Assembly (NCBI RefSeq): GCF_006345805.1
Contig: NW_021837032.1
Span: 1 to 64,000 of the forward strand
Length of the DNA stretch: 64,000 nucleotides
Direction: 5' to 3'
From: Octopus sinensis
Taxonomy: Eukaryota
In this document: positions 1-12,829 of the stretch, piece after piece
Position numbering within the stretch: position 1 is the stretch's first letter
Layout: every line of letters starts with the position of its first letter
Translations under genes and position numbers: made by a program
The notes under the pieces: model-generated
The model's database searches: none
The model's input: only the letters and a program-made list of their open reading frames with translations
What the model was told of the DNA's origin: nothing

Positions 1-196
1 TAAAAAGCTCTACCTATTCTCACAGATGTTGAATAGGTATATGAATTAAAAACTACCAAATCTTACAAACAGAATACATGTATTTTTAAAAGTAATTCAA
101 GATGCAACAAGTGACTTTATGCAAAAGGGATAAATTATTTGACAGATTCCGTACAAAAGCTACAAATATACAATGAAGTTGTTAGGGTGTTGCACT

Positions 197-500
197 GTTT
201 GTTCCTCTTCGAGCCATACCTGGCTCATAAGGGCCGGTTTCCCGGTTTCTTGGCGTATAGGTTCCCCATCAGGACGGGACGCCGGTCCGTCGCAGGTGTG
301 CTGCAAGATGCAGGAGGAAAGAGTGAGAGAAAGTTGGGGCGAAAGAGTCAGCAGAAGTTTCGCCATTACCTTCTGCCGGAACCGCGTGGAGCTTAGGTGT
401 TTTCGCTCATAAACACACACATCGTCCGGTCTGAGATTCGAACCCGCGATCCCTCGACCGCGAGTCCGCTGCTCTGACCACTAGGCCATGTGCCTCCACA
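197..500 (-). mobile_element. tRNA-derived SINE, family A (head GGAGGCGCAATGGC), tail type 4, with 13-bp TSD
   Basis: Reverse complement has A-box/B-box tRNA-like head. AGGGTGTTGCACT flanks it at 184-196 and 501-513. Near-identical copy at 45470-45775. Confidence 0.85.
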
Positions 501-851
501 AGGGTGTTGCACTAACGTTCACAAGATCATGGTTTCCATTTCCAGGCCGGTAGCGCGTTGCGTTCTTCCTTTCACGTCACTCCTGTTCACTGAGTTGATG
601 ACGGAGATATTGGATGAGGGAGATGTTGGCTTCTTCACCGGGTCGGCGGGGTGACGTTATTCAGAAGCTACAACTATGCGAAGAACCGCATTGAGACCAG
701 CGCTGTATAACAGCATCTTATAATCTGTGCGATACAATGGTATAATATATTCGAAATCTACAATGGTCCCATGACTCCTGCCTCGGCTATGAGCTTGAGC
801 CCTGGTAATCCGTTACAGCACTTACTCAGAGTACCAAGTCGTTTAGATCAC

Positions 852-1240
852 CTCTTTACTCTTTACTTGTTTCAGTCATTTGACTGTGGCAGTGCTGGAG
901 CACAGCCTTTAGTCGAGCAAATCGACACCAGGACTTATTCTTTTGAAAGCATAGTACTTATTCTATCGGTCTCTTTTGCCGAACCGCTAAGTTACGGGGA
1001 CGTAAACACACCACCATCGGTTGTCAAACGATGTTGATGGGGGGGGGCAAACACAGACACACAAACACATATATATACATATATACTACGGGCTTCTTTC
1101 AGTTTCCGTCAACCAAATCCACTCACAAGGCTTTGGTCGGCCCGAGGCTATAGTAGAAGACACTTGCCCAAAGTGTCACGCAGTGGGACTGAACCCGGAA
1201 TCATGGGGTTGGTAAGCAAGCTATTTACCACACAGCCATT
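852..1240 (-). mobile_element. tRNA-derived SINE, family B (head GGCGCAGGAGTGGCTGTGTGG, CCTTGGGCAAG core-like segment, internal (TA)/(TG)n, GAGTAAAA tail)
   Basis: Matches at least 13 other copies in the window end to end. Confidence 0.85.
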
Positions 1241-1245
1241 TTGTG

Positions 1246-1286
<41 letters not shown>

Positions 1287-1292
1287 TATATA

Positions 1293-1652
1293 CTAGCAGT
1301 ATCGCCCGGCGTTGCTCAGGTTTGTAAGGTAAATAACTATAAAGCATTTTTAGAGTTATAGCCAAAAAATAGCAAAAAGATGGAAAAAAATGATGGTAAA
1401 TTTTTTTTAGTTAAAAAGGTGGAGTTGCGTCCCCTAGACAGTTTGCAATTTGTGTTTCTAATTCTCGACCCCATGTCGAATTTATCGATTTTTTTCAGAA
1501 CTGGGGGAACTTTTCAAAATTTTCGCTGCGTTAGTTTTGAATTATGACATTGGGCTATTGTGTGTCAAGTTTCATCAGAATCGGTTGAAAGCCGTGGTGA
1601 GGGTGAGGGTACAAGAAAACAGACACACAGAAACACGCACAGACAAACTGCC

Positions 1653-1665
<13 letters not shown>
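1293..1665 (-). mobile_element. non-autonomous Helitron
   Basis: On the minus strand it ends in a GC hairpin followed by CTAG|T (CTAG at 1293-1296). The 3' ~100 bp are shared with 52942-53332. The 5' end merges into (TA)n. Confidence 0.65.
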
Positions 1666-1688
<23 letters not shown>

Positions 1689-2329
1689 TGCACCCACTAT
1701 TTCCACTTGATATTATTGATAACGCTCAATATAAAGAGTCCTTTTGTCTTTAATTCTTCCTTTATACTTGTACATTATATAACCCTTAAGCTTAGTGTCA
1801 GGAGTCATTCCCCAGTTTATGAAAAAATATATAAAAATCCTTGTATAGAACTGAGCGCTTCATAGTTCCAGCGATGCTGTGTTTGTCTGTTGTGCGCATG
1901 TTCACATATCCGAGAGAGCACTGCGTGAACGACGGTGCCAACCCCGGTGTTCCGGTGGGAGGTAGTGTTTTTTTTTTTGACTCCGCGTGAGTTGTGCTTA
2001 AAAACGTGTTTATATTCTTGAATGTGATAAATCAAACACACTACCCGGCAGCGAACCGATCAAGTTTATATATAAATATTCTTGTTACATGTTTGTTTCC
2101 TTTTACACAATATTAAAACAACGGCTAAAAGTCTTCTGAAGCAGCACCCCACAAATTTTATCTTCGAGCCGCCACTGTTATATACATAGTATGTGGTGTT
2201 GTGTGTGTGGTGTGTGTGGTGTTGTGGGTGTGTGTGTGGTGTGTGTGTGGTGGTGTTGTGTGTGTGTGTGGTGTGTATGTGGTGTGTTGTGTGTGGTGTG
2301 GGTGTGTGCATAAATGGAACAAACATGCA

Positions 2330-2364
<35 letters not shown>

Positions 2365-2365
<1 letters not shown>

Positions 2366-2524
2366 TTTATTAAAAGCAGCAGAAATTAACAAAAGCTGTT
2401 ACTCGGAGTTTCACGTTCCCGTTCGTCGGACAGTTTGTTTTTGTTTAACAAAACTGTCCTACGAACGGGAACGTGGAACTCCGAGTAACAGCTTTTGTTA
2501 AATTTCTGCTGCTTTTAAATAAAG
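2365..2524. repeat. 160-bp near-perfect palindrome (foldback/MITE-like) embedded in (TA)n
   Basis: Arms of about 75 bp differ by 2 substitutions and 3 single-T indels; loop is a few nt. Confidence 0.9.
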
Positions 2525-2618
2525 CATATTACTCTACCTCTGGTATTTGAGTACTCCACCTTGTTTCACATTTATGTGTTTACTCGGTATATATATATAT
2601 ATATATATATATTATATT

Positions 2619-2705
<87 letters not shown>

Positions 2706-2712
2706 TACATAC

Positions 2713-2745
<33 letters not shown>

Positions 2746-2910
2746 GGCAATGTCTGTCGCCACTTCAGCGTGGCTGTCCGTTCGAACAGATGTCAGTGCG
2801 ATTACTACCCCAAGAGATCGTTTTCTCTATCTGGTTAACGATATACTGCGAGCAGGGGAGCGAACCTCTACAACCTTACAGAAATTTTACACTAGCTTCT
2901 TTGTTTGGCC

Positions 2911-2988
<78 letters not shown>

Positions 2989-2989
<1 letters not shown>

Positions 2990-3175
2990 GGAAGAACTCA
3001 CCAACAACAAAAAAACAAAGAAAAAAAAAAAACAAAAGACGAAGACAGGTGGTGTAGACAACAAGCAGATGTATTAGTATAACGTTCGCGGAAGTGAAAA
3101 AGTCTTTAACGTTTCGAGCCTACGATCTTCCACAGAAAGAAAATAAGAATGTGTAGTGGCTAGCTATCTATCAAG
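2989..3175 (-). mobile_element. short (TA)n-embedded element with hammerhead-like motif (Penelope pLTR-like)
   Basis: Same family as 31300-31490 (opposite strand) and 33265-33410; motif at 3103-3140. Confidence 0.55.
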
Positions 3176-3799
3176 AATATATATATATATATTATTATAT
3201 ATATATATATATATATAGATATTATATATATTAATTGTATTATATTATGTGCCCCAGCATGGCCACAGTTCGTGTGCTGAAACTTCAATTCATATATTAT
3301 ATACGCTATTATATGGATACATGAGTGTGTGTCGTGGTGTATCTAAAAGATAACTGTTTTCATTACCTTTTTTTCACTTTCATTACAGAGTATGCTCCCT
3401 TTCTCTTTTCACTAAAACCTGCTATATTTCTGAATATATTCTGAATTTTTTTTTTCTAAGTATGGTAGAGGAAAAGTGTAACCTCATGAGATGTTCTTTA
3501 TTCACATTGCTATTTATGTCTCAGAAATACTCTTTAAAAAAAGTATATTCAATTCAATATTGAATGTTCTGAGTTCTTTTTAATATTCATTCTCAAAATT
3601 ACACCTCTTTAACACCGCCATCTCATTTTAACGTCAGCGCCTAACGGAGTCTGCTTTACTATTAGGCATTAAACCGTGTTTCCGGATTAGAGATAGCCTC
3701 TTCTCTTACTCCCGCCATTTTCTGACACCTAGAAAAATGTCATGGGAACGGTTGCTCTTGCTTTCGCTAAAACGTAAATTAAATAAATAAGCAAACATA

Positions 3800-4195
3800 T
3801 AGGCGCAGGAGTGGTTGTGTGGAAAGTAGCTTGCTTACGAACCACATGGTTCCGGGTTCAGTCCCACTGCGTGGTACCTTGGGCAAGTGTATTCTACTAT
3901 AGCCTCGGGCCGACCAAATCCTTGTGAGTGGATTTGGTAGACGGAAACGGAAAGAAGCTCGTCGTATATATGTATATGTATATATATGTGTTCGTGTATG
4001 TGTTTGTTCCCCCCCCCCCAACATCGCTTGACAACCGATGCTGGTGTGTTTACGTCGTGTAACTCAGCGGATCGGCAAAAGAGACCCGATAGAATAAGTA
4101 CTCGGCTTACAAAGAATATGTTCTGGGGTCGATTTGCTCGACTAAAGGCGGTGCCCCAGCATGGCCACAGTCAAATGACTGAAACAAAAAAAAAG
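3800..4195 (+). mobile_element. SINE family B
   Basis: Full-length match to other family B copies. Confidence 0.85.
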
Positions 4196-4980
4196 GTCGG
4201 TTCTTTAATCATGTAAGGCCTCTCTCATACTTATATGGTGTTGCAGTGAAGAATGGGTGAGTTCCAAGCTCTGATTAAATGAACCGCAAGAAGTCTTTAG
4301 CTTAATGCGCTTTCAAGAGAGAACCATTTAGCCAGGCTTATTTTGCCGCTTATTTTCCTCCTCTACAGAAGAATATCACTTACCTTTCAACCACAGGATC
4401 CTCATCTAGTGAAAGTTTAAAAAGATGATGGTTTGACGTGAGAAGAAACATACTGCCCTTGATATTTTCGACCACACTTACCGTACAACTTCCTGCATCA
4501 TAACTATCAAACATAGTAAAAAAAATACACGTTTTTCCTTTGAAAGGAATTCTTGGTTTGATCTTCATGACAGGCTTAACAGATACCCGGATCTATCAGT
4601 TCGGTATCATCCCACAAATCGGCAATTGCACGGAGAACAAACGATTGCGTACCGAGCGGTTTCTTTATCTTGTGTGGGTCTCGAACATTTTTTGCAGCTC
4701 CAAGGTCATACCAGTAAAGTTTATGCAGAACATGCAAAATGTAACTGTAATACGGCCGTGTGAAAGGACTTTTGGAAATTGTCCATAATCCTCATTTCGA
4801 CTATCCTCCATAAGGACTCTTCAGATGGTTCTCGTCGATGCTCAAAACTGCTCACAGGCAATCGCTGTACATATCCTCTACCAGTATTCTATAAATCATG
4901 AGGATAGGTGTTCCTCATACAGCGCTGTACAGCTGACAGGGTGCATTATGCCGGATTAGAGAAACGCCTAATAATAATAT

Positions 4981-5105
4981 GGGATCTTTTCGGTTTGAAC
5001 GGCAGTTTTTTCTAGCGGTGTCATATGAAATTGTCACCCATAATTATGACCCTAGTATCGATCTATTGCATTTCAATGTTTTAGGGTTAGGGTTAGTTAG
5101 GGTTA
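4981..5105 (-). mobile_element. terminal fragment of a dispersed element carrying (TTAGGG)n
   Basis: Reverse complement of 60630-60764; TTAGGG units at about 5080-5105. Confidence 0.75.
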
Positions 5106-5520
5106 GTTACTTATTTTATCGACCCTGAAAGGATGAAAGGCAAAGACGACCCCGACGGCATTTGAACTTAACATGAAGACGGGCGAAATGCCGCTAAATC
5201 ATTTTTGTCCGACGCACTAACTATTCTGCCACTTGTCGCCTAGGTGGAACCCTCAATGATAAAATAATTATAACAATAACAATAGCAATGATAGTGGTTT
5301 CAAATTTTGCCACAAGGGCAGCCGTTTTGGAGGAAGGCATAAGTTGATGAGATCGACTCCAGTGTTTCACTTGTACTTGATTTATCGACCCCGAAAGAAT
5401 AAAAGATAAAGTCGACTTCGGCGGAATTTGAACTCAGAATGTAGCGATGGGCAAAATATTGCTAAGCGTTTTGTCTGGTGCGCTAACGATTCTGCCACTT
5501 GTCGCCTCGGTGGAACCTTT
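5105..5520 (-). mobile_element. two partial SINE family C copies (head GGCGAGCTGGCAG; GCCTTTCATCCTTTCGGGGTCGATAAA domain resembling Nin/Deu-SINE domain)
   Basis: Matches about 20 other copies in the window; Nin/Deu assignment is from recollection of that domain. Confidence 0.75.
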
Positions 5521-5559
5521 AATGATAAAATAATTATAACAATAAACAACGAGAATAGC

Positions 5560-5801
5560 AGTGATGATGATGGCAATATTATTAATAATAAAAACAACAA
5601 TAATAACAACAATAATAACAATAATAATAACAACAATAATAACAACAATAATAACAACAATAATAACAGCATAATAATAACAACAATAACAACAACAACA
5701 ACAATAACAGCAACAATAACAATAACAATAGCAATAACAATAACAATAACAATAATAATAATAATAATAATAAAAATAATAATAAAAATAATAATAATAA
5801 T

Positions 5802-5884
<83 letters not shown>

Positions 5885-5921
5885 TAATAATAATGATGAT
5901 GATAATAATAATAATAATAAA
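5560..5921 (+). repeat. (AAT/AAC)n microsatellite
   Basis: Direct inspection. Confidence 0.95.
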
Positions 5922-6460
5922 TGCTCTGATGCAGTACCAGGCAGTGGCTCTCGTGGCTGCTGATCTTAACTGATTGGAAGTGTTATCATGTACATTGTTG
6001 TGTCTTGGTATTAAAGATGGGCTACAGCAAATATTCTGCTCAATACCACAGATTTGCTTGTCAGTTGTTTGTCCTTAACCAGTTGACCATGTCCCTTAGT
6101 GGCGGATGATATGTACATCTCTGACCATGAGTAGAAGTAGTGGGGGAGCATCATAGCTATATGTTGAAAGGAATTCTTAGAGGTTTGGATAATTCACCGT
6201 TGGAAACAGGGGTTGTTAGTTCAACATCATTAAACAATCCTTATTCAGGGACCTTTTGAACGGGGTGGGCAACTCGACCTGAAGAAAATTCTAACTGGGC
6301 CCCACCTGCAAGGTCATTCGCTGTTTATCTTGATATGAGATCACAATGTCGCGCACATATGGTTGTGATGCATGTGCCTGGTGTACCCCAATAAGACGGG
6401 TAGTCATGATGGGTATGCTGGGCTTCGTATATTTTGATGGCCTGCACTGCTCTCTCACAC
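5922..6460 (+). mobile_element. 540-bp non-coding element flanked by (TAA)n on both sides
   Basis: Second, 5'-truncated copy at 31706-32098 also ends in (AAT)n; no ORF and no tRNA head seen. Confidence 0.75.
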
Positions 6461-6473
6461 AATGATGATGATG

Positions 6474-6527
<54 letters not shown>

Positions 6528-9431
6528 TGCAGCCACAAAAGAAGCTGGATACTCACCCAAACCCGCCCAAACAGGAGTACCACCACCCAAACAAACCCTG
6601 TGGATAAATAACATCCAAAGCAAAATAAAAAAAAAATTAGAAAAGACCTGTCGATTCTTAATGAAATCAGCAAACAATCAACGCTACTGAGCAACAAAAA
6701 GAGAACAAAAATACTCCGCAAATATAACATCACAGAGAAAGATTTGCCTGAAATAAAAGAAAAGCTGAAGCAAGATATCCTTGCCAAAGCACAAAGGATC
6801 CGCCCGGTACAAGAAACGCCAACGCTTCTGAAAAAAACAAAAAGTTCAACTCCAACCCCAAAAAGTTCTACCAAGAACTGGGAAAAATAAAATAGAAGTC
6901 ACTGCAGCACCAACGGCAGAAGAAGTGGAAGAATTCTGGGGAGAAATATGGTCGGCGAACGAACCACCAAAAAAAAGGAGTATCATCAGATAACAAACTC
7001 GGCATCTGAACAACTTTGGACCCCCCTAACAACTGAAGAGGTCCCAGGCACTGCAAAGACTAAGCAACTGGAAGGCACCTGGGCATGACAAGATCCCCAA
7101 CTTCTGGTTGAAATATCTAACAGGAATGCACAAAAAGCTGGCTGAAAACTTTAACAACGTACTAGCAGAGCAAGAGACAATGCCTGAATGGCTCACGAAG
7201 GGGGAAAACCATCTTAATTCCAAATCAAATGAAACAGAAAAACCAGAAAAACTACAGACCAATAACCTGCCTCCCTACTATGTTCAAGGCATTTACTGCA
7301 GTGATATCACAAAGGCTGAACAAGCACCTGGACGAAAACAAACTGTTCCCAGAAGAGCAGAGAAAGGATGCCGCAAAGGCTCATATGGCTGTAAAGATCA
7401 ACTAATGATTAATAAAGCCATAACTGACAGCCACAGAAAGAAGAAAGGCCTCAGTATGGCCTGGATTGACTAAAAAAGGCGTTTGATAGCATCCCCCACA
7501 CATGGATCCTCGAAACACTAGCCATTAACAAAGTAGTAGCACCAACAACAATAAAATTCATAGAGCACTCTATGAATAAATGGCAAACAGATCCTACACC
7601 TCCAAACAAAAGAGAGACTCATGAAAACCAAAGACATCCCCATTAGAAGAGGAATATTCCAGGGAGACACGCTCTCTCCACTCCTTTTCGCTTGGCACTG
7701 TCACCTCTATCTGATATGCTAAATAGAACTGGATGCGGATATAAATGTTACGGCAAAACGATCAGCCACCTTTTATATATGGATGACCTAAAACTATACG
7801 CTGCAAATGACAAACAGCTGGAAACACTATTAAAGACAGTTCATGGATTTACCAAAGAAATAGATATGAAATTTGGTTTAGAAAAATGCGCCAAAGTAAC
7901 CCTGAAAAGAGGAAAACTAGTTAAGACTAAACAACATCACATAGATAAAACCAATGAAATAAAAGAATAGACCAAAGCCAACTTACAAATACTTAGGAAT
8001 CCATGAACTAGATAAGACACAAACACACAAATGAAAGAGAAAATAAAAAAAGAATATTATAGACGAGTTAGATCAATACTAAACACAGAGCTCAATGCTA
8101 AAAACAAGATAATAGGTATCAACACTTTAGCTGTCCCAGTTATAAGTTACAGCTACAATATCCTTAACTGGACACGAATGAACTGACCAAAATAGATAGG
8201 AAAACAAGAAAAATAATGACAGGATCTAGGATGCATCACCCAAAATCTGAATAGAAAGACTATATATACAACGTATAGAAGGTGGTAGAGGCCTTATACA
8301 GCTGGAAAACTACTATAAAATAACCACCATAGGACTGCAAAAATATCTACTTCAGAAGGAAGGAAAACTGATCCAGATAGCGGCAAAACACGAGCAAAAC
8401 AAAAAACTGTTCTCAGTATTTAAGGAAGCTGACAAATACAAACAAGAAATCATACCACCTAATAAACATGAAGAAGAAGAAGAAGAATATGAAGAAACAA
8501 CAAAAGCTATAAAACAAATGAAATCCAAACTAAAAATAGAACAGCAACGAACCATGATAAAACGATGGCAAGAAAAGCCCCTTCATGGTAAATACTGGAC
8601 AACTAAACGCAAAAGAATAGACAAAGAAAAATCCCAGCAATGGTTGAGAAGCTCAGGACTCAAAGCAGAAACAGAGGGATTTTTAATTGCAGCACAAGAC
8701 CAAAGCCTCCTCACCAGAAATTACCAAAACATGTAATGAAAAGAAATATTACAAGTAACTGCAGAATATGTGGAGATGGACAAGAAACAATAAATCATAT
8801 TATCTCTAGCTGCCCAGTCCTGGCTAAGAAGGAATATATTCACAGACATGACAGAGTTGGAACCTACATACATTGGAAGCTATGCCAACATTATGGAATA
8901 ACAACAGAAAAAAGATGGTATAGGCACACACCAGAAAAGGTCACAGAAAACGAGAAAGCAACCATACTCTGGGATATGCCGATACACACAGATAGAGAAA
9001 TTAAGGCCAACAGACCAGATATAGTTGTCAGAGATCATGAAGAAAAAAAATGCTTCTAATTGATGTATCAATACCGGCTGATGACAACGTGCCTCTAAAA
9101 GAAATGGAGAAAACTCTCAAAATACAAAGACCTGGAAATAGAGGTAACTAGAATGTGGAATCTGAAAACAGAAATAATTCCTATCATAGTAGGTGCATTA
9201 GGCATGATAAAAAAATATTCAGACAAATACATTACAAAAACACCAGGACTTACAAACACATAACATACAGAAAATTGCACTACTAGGCACTGCACACATC
9301 CTACGCAGAACACTTTCCATACAATAACCATCAGAGCATCACAACAAATCACAGCACATACCCAAGGCACACAGAGCTGTGCTCGGTAGTGAAGTGAAAG
9401 CACGCTATAAAATAAAACTACTGAATAATGA
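6528..9431 (+). mobile_element. 5'-truncated, frameshifted Dong/R4-clade non-LTR retrotransposon (RT + CCHC + restriction-like endonuclease) inserted in (TAA)n
   Basis: Motifs in order: KAPGHD (~7075), PEEQKGCR, WID-KKAFDSIPH, RGIFQGDTLSPL, YMDDLKLYA (~7775), AAQDQ, CRICGDGQETINHIISSC, RHD, ANRPDIV..LIDV, IPIIVGALG. Last reading frame stops near 9327. (TAA)n on both flanks. Confidence 0.93.
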
Positions 9432-9440
9432 TATATATAA

Positions 9441-9496
<56 letters not shown>

Positions 9497-9501
9497 TAAT
9501 A

Positions 9502-9614
9502 TGCCGAGTGTCTTCCCGACTCCTAGGGCAAGAAAACACATAGTATCTTTGCCGACTCCTAGGGCAAAGATACTATGAGTTTCTTTGCCCTAGGAGTCGA
9601 GAAGACACTCGGCA
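9502..9614. repeat. 113-bp hairpin between (TAA)n arrays
   Basis: TGCCGAGTGTCTTC...CTTTGCC pairs with GGCAAAG...GAAGACACTCGGCA; the centre repeats GACTCCTAG. Confidence 0.85.
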
Positions 9615-9639
9615 AGAAATGGAAGCAAATTTGAAAGAG

Positions 9640-9767
9640 AAAAACCCATAAATAATGATGATGATAATAATAATAATAAAATAATAATAATAATAATAAT
9701 AATGATATATTAATAAAAATAATAATAATAATTAATAAAAAAAAATAATAATAATAATATTAATAAA

Positions 9768-9808
<41 letters not shown>

Positions 9809-9950
9809 TAATAATAATAATAATAATATAATAATAATATAATATAATAATAATAATAATAATATTAATAAAATATAATAATAAATAATAATAATAATAA
9901 TATAATAATAATAATAGTAATTATAAAAAATAATAATAATAATAATAATA
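9640..9950 (+). repeat. degenerate (TAA)n microsatellite
   Basis: Direct inspection. Confidence 0.95.
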
Positions 9951-10390
9951 ATCCTTTCTACAATAGGCACAAGGTCAGCAATTTCGGGGGAGAGGCGATG
10001 AGTCGATTACATCGACCCCAGTACTCTACTGGTACTTATTTTATCAATCTCGAAAGGATGAAAGCAAAGTCGACCTCAGCATTTTTGTCCGGTGCGCTGA
10101 CGATTCTGCCACAAGTCGCCTTGGTAGAACCTTTAATAATAAAATAACTTTAGCAACAACAACAATAACAATAATTTCAAATTTTAGCACAAGGCCAGCA
10201 AGTTCAGAAGTAGGAGTAAGTTGATTATATCGACCCCAGTGCTCTAATGGCACTTATTTCATCGATCCCAAAACGATGAAACGCAAAGTCGACCTTGGAT
10301 GTACTTGAACTCAGAACGTAAAGACGGATGAAATTACGCCAAGCATTTTGTCCGGCAGGCTAAAGATTCTGCCAGGGTTACCGCCTTGGG
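9950..10390 (-). mobile_element. partial SINE family C copies
   Basis: Diverged matches to the family C domain. Confidence 0.65.
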
Positions 10391-10442
10391 GGGGGACCTG
10401 TAATAATAAAATAACAACAACAACAACAACGGCATGATCAAC

Positions 10443-10985
10443 AATAACAACAATTGTGTTGTTGTATGTTGTGTTGTGACCCTCTTCGGTCATGAATGAC
10501 CATGGGATTGCACCTCGGAAGTTACCCTCCCAGGCACAAGTCCGGGCAAGGTTGTTTATGGAAGACCAGCAGTCGCCCACGCCTACCAGCCTCCCCTCTC
10601 CATGTCACCGATGTTATTCAAGGGAAAGGCAAAGGCTGATACAGCTTGGCACCAGCGACGTCGCATCTCATTTATTAACGTGCAAGTGGCTGAGTACTCC
10701 ACAGACACGTGTACCCTTAACGTAGTGCTCGAGGAGATTCGGCGTGACACAGAGTGTGACAAGGCTGGGCCTTTGAAATACAGGTACAAGAGAAACAGGA
10801 AGAAAGAGTGAGAGAAAGTTGTGGTGAAAGAGTACAGTAGGGTTCACCACTACCCCTTGCCGGAGCCTCGTGGAGCTTTAGGTGCTTTCGCCTAATAAAC
10901 CCTCACAATGCCCGGTCTGGGAATCGAAACCGCGATCCTACGACCGCGAGTCCGCTGCCTTAACTACTAGGCCATTGCGCCTCCA
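10443..10985 (-). mobile_element. SINE family A, long form (tail type 1, ends in (CAACA)n)
   Basis: Same tRNA-like head as other family A copies; middle segment shared with 57958-58344. Confidence 0.8.
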
Positions 10986-11044
10986 CAATAACCACAAAAC
11001 GATGACAATAATAATAATAATGATAATAATAATAATAATAATAA

Positions 11045-11077
11045 TAAGAAGAAGAAGAGAGAAGAAAAAGAAGAGAA

Positions 11078-11108
<31 letters not shown>

Positions 11109-11170
11109 AAGAAGAAGAAGAAGAAGAAGAAGAAAAAAAATAAGAAGAAGAAGAAGAAGAAGAAGAAGAA
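11045..11170 (+). repeat. (AAG)n microsatellite
   Basis: Direct inspection. Confidence 0.95.
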
Positions 11171-11689
11171 CGATGACAACAATAATAATAACTATAATAA
11201 TAATAATAGAAATTAAAAAATTTATATCTAAAATAAAATAAATACATGAACTTTTTTTTATAAAATATAAAGATCAAATATCATGTTATGATATGAAATA
11301 AATATAAAATAAGTTAGACATCATACCATGATTATAAATAAATATGAAATAACTTAGGTAACATATCATGATATAAAATAATATGAAAGCCATTTTATAT
11401 CATGTCATGTGCGATCCAAGGCTGTCAAAAACAGCATCTATTCTCTTAGATTAATCATGAGTAAAAGCTGGTTGTGTAAAATAAATCGATCACAGGTTGG
11501 TGAGGAATATCACCTTCGTTTGAACCAGTTTATTTTTGTATAAAGCTGGGAAACGAATGAGAGGTTACGATATCTCTGCGAGGCCTCCACGTCGGACGTT
11601 TTGTCCCTTAAAATCTTTCATTTTATTACTTTTCCAAAATATATATTATTATTTTTGTTTCATACAAAATGAAGCAGGGTTATTATATA

Positions 11690-11930
11690 TTGCTTTCAAA
11701 TTTTAGCACAATTTTAGCACAATTTTAGCACAGGGCCAGCAATTTCAGGAGAAGAGGTTAGTCGATTATATCAACCCCTGTACTTGGCTGGTACTTTATT
11801 TTACCGACCCCGTAAGTATGAAAGGCAAAGTCAACCTCGGCGGTATAAGAAATCAGAACGTAAAAAGCCGGAGGAAAATGCCGCTAAGCATTTTGGCCGA
11901 CATGCTAACGATTCTACCGGTTCGCCACCT
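11690..11930 (-). mobile_element. SINE family C
   Basis: Match to family C consensus seen elsewhere in the window. Confidence 0.7.
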
Positions 11931-12683
11931 AGAGAAAGGTTATGATATATTAGACGAAGCAATCTCAGGAACTGCAGATATATTTGTAAATGCTATCTCA
12001 GGGATTGATTTGCATAGATATTTGTAAATAGATAAGTTGCCATACTAGATATACAAGCTATGCCTATACACAAACTGGCAACAAAACTACCATCTACGGC
12101 GTGATTCGATCACGTTTTGCATAGGATCCTTCTGAGAAGAAAAAGAAGAAAATAAATCAGCAACGAGCAGTTTGGATGGAAGAAACCCATCAAAATATAA
12201 ATAGATAAAGCGCTATTTTTGTTTGTTCCAATAGAGCAAAGTTCTCATGTACGATACATTCAGAGTAATCTCTCCGCTTTAGTCAAATAGTTCTTGACGT
12301 CGTAATATCCATAGTCCTTTTTCAAGGCTATTTTTATAATTATTATTATTAATGATTTAAAACTAAATGATATAATTCCTAAAATAGAATGTAAATAAAA
12401 AATTGGAAAAAAAAAATATTATCTTCAAAAATTTCTCAGCAAGTCTTACATTAATTTACAATATTGATTAAAACAGAGGTGAGATTAAACCATCTAAAAC
12501 TAGAGCAAAGTATAAGATTCGTATCGAAATGTTAAAATTATAAAGGGAAGTAAATTTAGAGAACCTTGTCACAATACAACACCACCTTTTGCAGGTGATG
12601 TTCAGTAGTATTACTAGAATTCAACCCTGTTTAGTTAATAGTCTTGTATTTCTTTGGGAGAGACGTCATATTGTTTCGGCTTT

Positions 12684-12689
12684 TTTATT
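12684..12689 (-). promoter_or_regulatory. candidate polyadenylation signal AATAAA of the DUSP-UBL-BTB gene
   Basis: AATAAA about 140 nt after the stop codon; the hexamer is common in AT-rich DNA. Confidence 0.3.
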
Positions 12690-12829
12690 GCTTTTTGTTT
12701 GTTTCATTTTCACAAACATTTCTTAAAGGTTTTTACCTTCATCAAAGCAAGCTTATTCTCTGCAGAAATTTCTTTAATTTTTATCTGTTTTTGTTTGTTT
12801 TGTTTTTTTTTTGTTATTTTCCCCACAAT

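Noticed and set aside
520-800. GC-richer unique block with CpGs
   Set aside because: No open frame with splice support and no recognisable motif
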